Positions 52,960 through 64,000 of a stretch of 64,000 bases of DNA are shown piece after piece. Positions within the stretch are counted from its first letter, which is position 1, and each line of letters starts with the position of its first letter. The notes under the pieces are model-generated. The model did not search any database. It was not told the origin of the DNA and saw only the letters and a program-made list of their open reading frames with translations. Source of the DNA: Octopus sinensis (taxonomy: Eukaryota); NCBI RefSeq assembly GCF_006345805.1, contig NC_042998.1:142724001-142788000 (forward strand), written 5' to 3'. Made by a program: the position numbers and the translations under genes.

Positions 52960-55900
52960 AACAGAAACAAACGTAATGGAATATGTATAAAATTTGACAT
53001 ATATGCGTTTAATTTCTAGAACGCACGAACTCAGCCTAATGTTTGACGGCCCCAAGATGTACTCATCTTGTGGCTTGATAGGATCGGACGGTGGAGTAGT
53101 TGTGCTTGTTCGAAAAAAATTAGGGTTAGAGATGCAGACGATCTTCTCGGATCCGGCAAGTAAGTTGGTGTTACTAGATGTAAGTAACAATAAAGGTAGT
53201 GGCTTCAGACTAGCGGCCGTCTATGCACCTACTTGTGTTGGACGGCCAGATTTCTCTAGACGTCTTGAAATCTTCCTAGGAAGATCCTGCACTTTAGTTC
53301 TCGTAGGGAACTGGAATGGTATTTTGAATGCACGTTAAGATTGTGTCGGATTAACTCATAGATGGGAATATAAACGCCTCGAAAAATATTCAGACGTTTT
53401 CAACTGTTTGACAAGCACCGACTGGATCTCCCAAATGTACCAATGTAGACTTGGTGCAATCACGATGTCTTCCAGCTTGTACTTAGAGAACCCGTTACGG
53501 CAACTTACAAAGATAAGTTTGGCTGTCCACAATACAACCTGGTCAGTTATACAGATCACAAATTTGTGATCTTCACAGTCGCCTTACATAGGACTCATAG
53601 ATAGGGACCTGGCTACCGGAAAGCCTACAGAGACCGGATTAGCGAGTTAGTAAAGAGATATCTGACGAGGGCAATAGTCAATAACAGGTAGTGATGAACC
53701 CTGAAGAGTGCAATTAAATGTGAGTCAATAGTATTAGTAAAGACCAAGTGATAGAAAGACATAAACTAAAGAAAGAGCTAGTAAACTAGAAGAGGCAATT
53801 AAAAGTGGAATCACGACCAACGCCCCAGCGGCAAGGCGTTCAACCATTTCTTCAATGCGAAACACGAAGGCTAGAGTACGTGTCAGGGCTAGAGTACGTG
53901 TGCGCTAAAACAAGAAGGAACAAAAACCGCGGCGTGGTAATAAAGCCACAATTTCTTCTTTGACAGGTCAGGATGGGTGTGTACTGCACGCTTCTAAGCA
54001 AATGTGTGCGACCTTTTTGGAGGACTTTACCTAATTCTTCAGGAAAAGCGATTGGCCACAGAGAATTATGGGTCCTAGTACCTACCTCGACGAGCTGCTG
54101 CAACTCTTAGAAGAGGCTAGGTGCTGTGAAAGGCCAATAGCAGCAACTGAAATACGAGAAGTATTGAGTGGCCGCGCAAGGGACAAATAGCCCGTTTTGG
54201 ATGATCTATGAATTTTATGGTTATATTCCAGAGTTGTTTGGTGATCTCTTGGCAAATGTCTATCACAACTGACGCCAATACTGGGGATATTATAGACAAT
54301 CTCCGGCCCATAACCCTGCTAAATACAGAGTTTTAAAATTTTGGCCTAAGGTGTTGGCAAACAGGTTGGAGCTTATCGTGGACGGTTTAGTCGGAGAAGC
54401 TCAAATGTGCGCGATCCCCAATAGATCCATCTACGATAACCTCAATCTCATGCACTACATCATATTAGAAATGGATAGTAAATATGGTATTGGTGGAGCT
54501 CTAATCAATTTGAATCATCAGTTCAAAGCCTTTTATAGGGTCGACCATCGCTACTTTGTAGCAGTCTAAAAGCAGACAGTTTCGGACCCGTTTTCATAAC
54601 TGGACCGCAGCAATGCATATTGGTGCTTGATCAGTGGTAAAAGTAAACGGTCAAATCTCAGAACCGTTTCATATCCCGCGTTCGATCCGTCATGGGAGTC
54701 CTCACTCACCCCTTCTATATGTTCTAGCGCTAGAGCCTTTGCTGCGAACTGGGTTGCGAGAGAGCTGTGTCGACATATGCTGATGACATCATGGTGTCAG
54801 ACACCGCGGAAGTTTAGGTAGTAGATTCCATTTTATAGGAATACAAAGTTATAGTAGAAGCTAAGATAAATCCGAACAAATCGGTAGGCCTGCAGCTTGG
54901 CAACTGGAGAAGCAAGACTATGCCAACGAACAGATGGACAGACGGACCTGTTAAATTCCTCGGTTTCTAGTTCGACCCGGACGTCCAGGTGAACAAAAAC
55001 TGGGATGAGGTTACAAACAGGGTGGCCAATCTCACTCAGAAATGGGCCGAGAGGATATTATGTCTGAAAGGTCAAGCAGCGGTAGAGAATGCGCACATCG
55101 CCTCTTCAATAAATTATCACTTGACTGTTGTACCTTGCCCCAGTCCACATCTTGCTGAACTGGGGAGTTTACCTTTCCGTATCCTGTGGAAAGGACGCGT
55201 TCCGCTCGTCCGGCGGTCCATCTATTGCCAGCGTCCTCTGGATGGTGGGCTTGGCATGCCATGGTTGCTAACGCGCAGACAGGCGCTCCGTTTGTAAAAT
55301 ACGCTTTTCCTCAGCTTATCTCTTTGACGGAGCTGCAATCCTAGGTCAAGTAAAGACCAAGATTAGGCGCCCGGCATCTTAAATTCTGTCAAGAGCTGGA
55401 ATATCGTCACACGCCCACTGCTCTCTACCAGTCAGTCAATAGGATCGGTGGAAGTTCTATGGTAGCAATATATAGAAATCTAGTGGTGGGTAAGAGCAAT
55501 GACGTTCTCAGTGAAACACTTAGTGCCGACGAGTATGAACTAGCTGGATGCCTTTATGGCAAATCTTAATGAAATAGAGTATGAACTAGCTGGTCTATTT
55601 CAGACCCGGTACTATCATGATTAACTTCCAAAAATCTCTGGCCTAGCAGGGCTACCGAGGAACATTAATAGATGGATGTAAACTATACAGGCTCAGAATT
55701 ACTGTTAGGTGGGACTGACCGAAATGAGCACAGAGCGACGGAGCCGTTCTGCATGCACTTGTGAAGAGTCCGAGTACTGCTGACTTGTAGAATTATGTCG
55801 AACAGCTGTTATTACGTGGGACAAATCTGAATATCGGCCGGATCCATCGGGAGGATCTCATCACCACCCACCTTTAACAAGACTGTCTAGTGGCGATGGC

Positions 55901-56295
55901 AAAAGAGGTTGTGGTGGACGAAGCTGAAAGAATGAAGGAAAGACACCTTCTTCGGTCAAGCTCTCATCGACTTTTTTACGTTTCACTTGGAAAGGAAGTT
56001 GAGGGTAGAGTGGGAAGTGCTACTTCCCAGGGAATTTCTGGAAATATGCGCCCATAGATCGGATAATCGTGAATCTGTGAGGTTTCTTGATTGGTCCTAA
56101 TCGAGGTTCCTCTTTGCATCAGGAGGAGAGCTTTCAAGTTATCACACACTTTATGTACTATGTATAACTTTATCGTATTTCACTGTCTTTTCCATTTCTT
56201 TTTCACTATCCTTTATATAAATCTCCACACAAATTGTTTTCTGCCCTCGTGTTGACCCCTCATTTATGCCCCTATGGATAATAAAAGATGTTATT
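52960..56295 (+). mobile_element. 5'-truncated Tx1/L1-clade LINE (ORF2 only, decayed) with (TTA)n tail
   Basis: Endonuclease GVVVLVRKKL..FRLAAVYAP..LVGNWN. RT LRPITLLN, AQMCAIPNRSIYDNL, and YADD at 54776-54787. Also PLDGGLGMPWL. The 3' end is aataaaagatg(tta)n. Paralogous to 6888-12309. Confidence 0.88.
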
Positions 56296-57233
56296 ATTAT
56301 TATTGAGTGAGAGAGCAGTGCATGCCATCAAAGTGACACTGGGGTAAAATATACGAAGCCCAGTATACCCATCATGACTACCCGTCTGATAAGAGTACAC
56401 CAGACATATGCATCACAACCATATGTGTGCGACATGGTGATCTCATATCAAGATAAACAGCACATGACCTTGCAGGTGGGGCCCAGTTAGAATTTTCTTC
56501 AGGTCGAGTAGCCCATCCCGCTCAAAAGTCCCTGAATAAGGCTTGTTTGAGGATGTTGAACAAAATACCCATGTTTCCAAAGGTGAATTACCCAAACCCC
56601 AAAGAATTCTTCTTATCACATGGCTATGATGCTCCCCACTACTTCTGCTCGCGATTAGAGATGTACATATCATCTGCCACTAAGGGATATGCTCAACTGG
56701 TTAAGATCAAACGACTGACAAGCAAATCTGTGAAATTCAGAAGACTATTTGCTGTAGCCCATCTTTTATACCAAAACAAAGCAATGTACACGATAACACT
56801 TCCAATTAGTTAAGATAAGAAACCTTGAGAGCCACTACCTAGTAATGCATCAGGGCATTATTATTATTATTTGTTGTTGTTGTTGTTGTTGTTGTTGTTA
56901 AGGCGGAAAGCTTGCTGAATCGTTACCACGTCGGACAGGATGCTCAACAGCATTTCTTCTGCCTTTTCCCGCCTTAAGTTCAAATGCAGTCAAAGGATTT
57001 GAGAATATAGATTATGAGGTCAAGAGTTTACGTAGGGTGTGAGCTATTTCGTTTAGCACTATTTTTCTTTATCTTTTTTTTTTGTTTGATTTCGTATATG
57101 CTAGGTTATTCTGAGAATTTTTCAAGGAAACCAGTGAGTGGTTTTTTTTATGACTCTTAATGCTCCAATCACAGCTCATATGGGTTTCTACATCCTGCTT
57201 ATTTCAATTTTAAAGTCTTTATACTTGGCAAGT

Positions 57234-57650
57234 TTATTCTATTCTGTCTTTAACACTAGAAACAAGACCTGGTATTATAACATTTGTGCCGTTGTCATAA
57301 ATTGTGCGATCGGTATATACTGTGAAGTCACAAAGGATGGTAATGTCGTTACTTTCAACTATTGGCTTAGGTTGGTCTTCATATAAGCTTTTCACATGTT
57401 CAGTACCAAGGCTTTTGCACAAAGTCCAGTGAATGTATTGGCTCACTCTGACGTGTCTAGCTTTATATTTGATTGAAGCCAGGGTTGGGTATCCTTTATG
57501 GTCAGTTGTTTCATCACATGCATTGCAGACTCTATACTTGGGCTCTGCTCTGTTTTTGAGGATATCATCTTGATAATTTTTTGTGTATAGACTCTGGTCC
57601 TGGGCAGAATCCTTCCGTTTCTGCCTTCGAACCTCGCAGGCACTCATAGG
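57234..57650 (-). mobile_element. R4/Dong-type RLE LINE fragment
   Basis: KYRVCNACDETTDH..KYKARHVRVSQYIHWTLCK..ITILCDFTVYTDRTI. Confidence 0.75.
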
Positions 57651-58323
57651 TTTTTGAGTAGTCTATATCAGCTTCCTGAGTTCAGAGTAGGTATTAGCCA
57701 TGGAGAGGTTTCTGCTGCCATCTATATTTCAAGGTTCTAATTCCTTCTGCTTTTGCTTTCAACCTATGTATTTTTGGCTACCTTTTTCGGTATTTGGTCA
57801 TCGTTAGCGTTTTGTAATTGTGTTGTTTAATTCTGCTCTATATTTCCCAGATTCTTTGTTCATAGAATGGAGCTTCTTCAAGTATCGATGTTCCCTCACT
57901 AATATCACCATCCAATTTCAAGTCGTCGTTACGCATGAGAAATTCAGTTCGTTAAACATGAATAAACTTCATGTCGTGTTGTATTGTTCTCACAAAAATT
58001 GCTGATTCGGAAAACATTAAAATCACAATGACAGTTAAAATTTGAAATATAATAAACAAGCTGAGGAGTGAGGATGGGGATAGGGATAAATAAACATGCC
58101 ATAATCTTGATTACTAAGCTCTGATTAAGCGCATTAAAGCAAATCTGAACTGATAGCAGCATTTCTGAGTTAACCTTGTACTTTGTAGTTATTTATGTAT
58201 ATCGGTATTATGTCAACTTGGTTTAATCAGTAAAGCTTACAGTACTTAACCTTGAAAACAGAAAACGGTGATATAATATATATAACCGTGACCGTTTATT
58301 TTCTCGTTCAAGGAGACTTTTAA

Positions 58324-58553
58324 CACTTTGCCTACCAAACTCATTTTGCGACATATTTTCTTTTGCATTAGCGGTCTAATTTTGTTATAAATTATGCATT
58401 TTAAAAAATGTTTCGTCCGTTTCTATGTTCTAGTCCATAAAATAAACTACAACATTGATTTATGGTATGGGTGTCACCGGTGACTCGCATGGTACAAAAC
58501 GAATATTCATTCTGTACTGCGGGAGTTACCGGTGATACATATGTTTAAAAGTG
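58324..58553. mobile_element. Possible TTAA-flanked (piggyBac-like) MITE
   Basis: TTAA-cacttt...aaagtg-TTAA. The TIR is only 6 bp. Contains internal GTCACCGGTGAC palindromes. Confidence 0.4.
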
Positions 58554-59189
58554 TTAAAATATCCACTAAACTTCTGTTTACGCATTTTTATATATTTGTG
58601 ATTTTTAAACAGATTATATTTCAGATTATATTATATAATCTTTAATGATGGAGATAACTGTGAATTACACGCCTCTGGTATCAGTATTCTGTACATTTCC
58701 TAAAATTCAAGTAATGTAGTTTAGCTCCATAAAAAACATCACCATTGGAAGTCACCGGTGACTCCTATGGTATATTAAGAATATAAAGTGGGAAATCATT
58801 GGTGACTCCCATGGGAGGCAATGTGTTAAGATTTTATAGCAGTACTGTCTGATTAATGTGTACAAATAACTGTTTAGTTGAGAGGGTGACGTCAATAAGA
58901 TGTAATGTGAGATCAAGGGAAAAATTATTTTGGGAATGTTTTGAATCAACATCAACGGTATTTGGAAATGTCTGAATGTTGTTAAAAATTAAAATTGAAT
59001 TACGGTAATCGAGCACATGGTGATCTTGCATTTCTCATTATTAAACTTCTTGGTTTTGGTCATCGTAATATCATTGGTGATTAGGTATAAGACTACGCTT
59101 TTAGATAAGGATGACCGCACAATACATGTGTGCTTCCAAACATTTATTTTAAACAGCTTATATATGTAATATATACCTATAAATATATA

Positions 59190-59225
<36 letters not shown>

Positions 59226-59229
59226 TATT

Positions 59230-59428
59230 ACTCTTTTACGCTTTTACGTGTTTCAGTCATTTGACTGCGGCCATGCTGGAGCACCTCCTTTAGTCGAGCA
59301 AATCGACCCCGGGACTTATTCTTTGTAAGCCCAGTACTTATCCTATCGGTCTCTTTTGCCGAACTGCTAGGTGACGGGGACGTAAACACACCAGCATCGG
59401 TTGTCAAGCAATGCTAGGGGGATAAACA

Positions 59429-59464
<36 letters not shown>

Positions 59465-59680
59465 ACACACATATATATATATATATTATATATATATATA
59501 TATACATATATACGACAGGCGTCTTTCAGTTTCCGTCTACCAAATCCACTCACAAGGCATTGGTCGGCCCGGGGCTATAGCAGAAGACACTTGCCCAAGA
59601 TGCCACGCAGTGGAACTGAACCCGGAACGATGTGGTTGGTTAGCAAGCTACTTACCACACAGCCACTCCTGCGCCTATAT
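59230..59680 (-). mobile_element. Full-length composite tRNA-derived SINE
   Basis: The reverse complement reads ggcgcaggagtggctgtgtgg (A box), gggttcagttcc (B box), internal (TA)/(TG)n, the 3' module and an aaagagt-type tail. Confidence 0.85.
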
Positions 59681-59689
59681 ATAATATAT

Positions 59690-59867
59690 TTTTTCTCTCC
59701 TTTTTTTCTCTCCTTGTTTCTCTCTTTGTTTTTTCTGTGTCCCTTTCTGTAGAAGAGCGTAGGCTCGAAACGTAAAAGACTTTTTCTATTCCTGAGCGTT
59801 ATACTAATACATCTCTTTGTTTTGTACACCACTTGTTTTCGTCTTTTGTTTTTTCGTAAACTCTCTT

Positions 59868-59870
<3 letters not shown>
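59690..59870 (+). repeat. Penelope-pLTR-like repeat with a minimal hammerhead-like motif (copy 3)
   Basis: gtccctttCTGTAGAagagcgtaggctcGAAACGTAaaagac. Confidence 0.6.
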
Positions 59871-59936
<66 letters not shown>

Positions 59937-60399
59937 ATATAATATGTGATTCCTCTTACCAATAACTTCTAATACTCTTTTCTCATATTTATTTACCTGT
60001 TAAATGAATTCAGATTCTGAAAGGACAAAAATTGCATTTAAAAGCGTAAGTTCTAATTCTATTAAAGTCAACAGAAAATAATCCTCAACTAGTTATATAA
60101 TTTCAAATTTTAAAATATGATCAAACAAAAGATTCGTTTAGTTGCAGTATATTCTGTTTCATTAAAATGGCGGCAGAACTGACCTAAATAGTTATCTCCC
60201 TTTATAACATTTATGGCCGAAGCATTGACAGACAGTTAAGCTATTGTTGGTCTTTGTCAGCGATGAGTACATATCCTGTTACTGAATAGTATATTCGAGG
60301 ACAGACGTGTTTAAACTCAAGTTTCCTTTTCTGACCCACCTCAGTGAATGCTTCACATTCTTTGATACTTAGTTTAGAAAATATACACCAAATAGCTGG

Positions 60400-61432
<1,033 letters not shown>

Positions 61433-61829
61433 TTGTAATTTAGAAGTATGAGTTTGGATTCTTAAAAGATAGTCCCAGCAGAATGTTTCATTTGAAAATG
61501 AACGTCTTACTGAATGGTTCAATCAATACTTTATAGCGAATATGTATATATCAATTTAAATGTATGTATGTATGTATGTATGTATGTATGTATGTATGTA
61601 TGTATGTATGTATGTATGTATGTTTGTATGTATGTATGTCATTATTCAGTCTTATTTCAAGATTTCTTGCCAAAAGAGAAAGAACTGGTTACTAACCCAG
61701 ATCCAAGGTTGCTTCATTGGAATTTCAACAATATCAACAGGATATTTTTGTATGTATGTATATGTCAGATTTGTATGTTTTGTTTCATGAATGTATTTCA
61801 TGCATATATTTGCATGTCTAAACATGCTC

Positions 61830-61860
<31 letters not shown>

Positions 61861-62319
61861 TGTATGTATGTATGTATGTATGTATGTATGTATGTATGTA
61901 TGTATGTATGCATGCATGCATGTATGTCATACATTTTTCTAACTGAGCAGACCTCTTTAGGGAGAACACAGTTCACCCAAATTCCTGCAAAGGTGCCATA
62001 AAACATGCATTAAACATTGCCTGTCACCTACATCCAGTGGAAGTTACAGCTTTCGTCTGTTACCTATACCTCAAAACATGCAAGTCTGCATCGAGATTGA
62101 ATAGTCTTCTGAGAGGTCATTGACAGAAAGTTAGGAATGCCATTGACAGCGAGGAAGCACAAAGAGACAGAATCGTATGTGAAGATGGAGCAATCACCAT
62201 GTTTGTATATGCATGTATATGCTTAAATATACAATATATGTACAAGCTGCTCCACACCCTAGAACACGAGGAGTAGCTTGATCGGAAGAACAATTAAAAC
62301 AAGAAAACCACCAATCTCA

Positions 62320-62590
62320 CCGTAGGACATAAAGAACAGAGTAAGGTCATTGACTTTGCAATTGCGTATAATGGTTGAACAGATAAAAAGGAAATATGAG
62401 GACCAAGCCATAGAAATGAAAATATTTTAGGACAGAGTGATAAAATTTGTTCCTGTAGCAATTGGAGCACTCGGCACCGCACCCAAATTGCTCTCTAAGC
62501 GGCTGCAGGATATTGGAATTGAGGCACGCAAGAAGAAAAGTGCTATCCTGTATTCAGTATATAGCCTACGAAGAATTTTTAAGTTTTAAG
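62320..62590 (+). mobile_element. R4/Dong-type RLE LINE 3' fragment
   Basis: VIDFAIA...FVPVAIGALGTAPKLLSKRLQDIGIE. Confidence 0.65.
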
Positions 62591-62659
62591 AATAACACCT
62601 TTGCTGATTAAATTTGCATGTGATAACTCTAGTATCATAATATTTATTTCTAATACATA

Positions 62660-63324
62660 CAGATTTGGTGTCAGGGGACTTTTCAATTAAATCGATCCCA
62701 GTTCTTAAACGGTATTTCATTTTAACGACCCTGAAAGGATGAAGGGCAAAGTTGACTTCATCGAGATTTGAACCCGGAACTTTAAGAGCTGGAGGAAATA
62801 TCGCAAAGCATTTTTTATCCACACGCTAGCGATTCTGCTAAAAGGTTAATTGATCAAGAAACATCACTACCCATGTCTCTGATTAACAGTGGTCATACAG
62901 CAGTAAACTTACATAAGTATTTATACCGATAGAAGGCGAAGAGCTCGCAGAATCTATAGCATACCGAACGAAATGTTTAGTGTTCTGAGTTCAAATGTCA
63001 CCGAAGTCAACTTTGTCTTTCATCTTTTTGGGTTCGTTACTAAAAGTAACAATTGAGCTCTTAAGTTGGTGGATTCGGCTATATCCCTCCTCCTGTAAAT
63101 GCTGGCCTTGTGCTGAAATTGACAAAATTGTTAGCACTCCGGACAAAAGGCTTGGCAACATTTCGTCCATCTTTAGATTCTGAGTTCAAATTCTGCCGAG
63201 TTCAACTTTACCTTCCATCCTTTTCAGGACTGATAAAATAAGTACCAGTGGAACAGTGGGGTCAATGCAATCGACTTGGCCCTTTCCTCCAAAGTTTCAG
63301 GCATTGTGTCTATAGTAATTATCA

Positions 63325-63393
<69 letters not shown>

Positions 63394-63835
63394 TCTTATT
63401 ATTATTGAAGCAGCCAGCTGGCATAATCGTTAGAGCACCGCAGAAAATGCTTAGCAGCATTTCGCTCGTTTTTGCACTTTGAGTTCAAAGGTTGTCGAAA
63501 TTGATTTTGCTTTTCATCCTTTCGGGCTGAAACTGGGGTCGATGTAATGGAGTAGCCTTCCTTACGCCAAATTTCCGGCCTTGTGCCTATTATAGGAAGG
63601 ATTGATTATTATTAAGGCAGTCAGCTGGAATAATTGTTAGCCCGCCGGACAAAATGTTCAGCGCCGTTTTCTTCTGGCTTTACGGTCTGAGTTCAAATGC
63701 CTCCAATGTCAACTTTGACGTTCATCCTTTTGGGGTCGATAAAATTAAGTACTAGTTAAGAATTGGTGTCGATCTAATCGACTTGCCCTCTCCCGCTAAA
63801 ACTGATAGCCCTATGCCAAAATTTGAAACCACTAT
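62660..63835 (+). mobile_element. Cluster of tRNA-derived SINE copies: one reverse (62660-62840), then about 4 forward head-to-tail
   Basis: 'ctgagttcaaat..gtcaacttt...catcctttt.gg.gtcgataaa' recurs near 62985, 63180, 63480 and 63688. Same family as 1-960. Confidence 0.75.
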
Positions 63836-64000
63836 TACCAACAGAACCCTATACCATTACTAAAAGCCTGACGAAACAACAGCCACACATAAAATGCTTT
63901 GCTAACTTACAAAATTGACAGGAGTGTAATCGTAATGGCATTTATTGCCGCTATAAGCGGCATTTCCTCCTTCGTAACTCACCTTATTATAGACAGGAAA

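Overview
Repeat-saturated, AT-rich animal genomic DNA with no confidently identifiable host gene. The microsatellite load and SINE types look like an Octopus (cephalopod) intron or intergenic region; this is inferred from pattern recognition, not a database search. Almost all long ORFs in the supplied track are microsatellite artefacts or pieces of decayed transposons. Recognisable content: (1) a full-length, decayed Tx1/L1-clade LINE (6888-12309, minus) sitting inside a (GATA)n tract, a second 5'-truncated copy (about 52960-56295), and an ORF1-only 'half-LINE' with poly(A) and a 16-bp target-site duplication (TSD) (27789-29364); (2) three stacked R4/Dong-type RLE LINE fragments separated by trinucleotide repeats (14935-18270), plus two more fragments; (3) several RTE-clade fragments; (4) mariner, hAT and Helitron remnants and MITEs, two of them with their empty sites preserved in a local duplication; (5) tRNA-derived SINEs, including head-to-tail arrays at both window ends; (6) a Penelope-like GIY-YIG remnant. 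The most striking signal is a set of hammerhead-ribozyme-like motifs from several unrelated repeat families. Two have all core nucleotides intact with unusually long loop 2 (3962-4039 minus; 44741-44830 plus). Two unrelated fold-back elements (44.6-44.8 kb and 47.4-47.9 kb) each carry a divergent inverted pair of hammerhead cores. All RNA folds and alignments were done by eye, and many boundaries are approximate.
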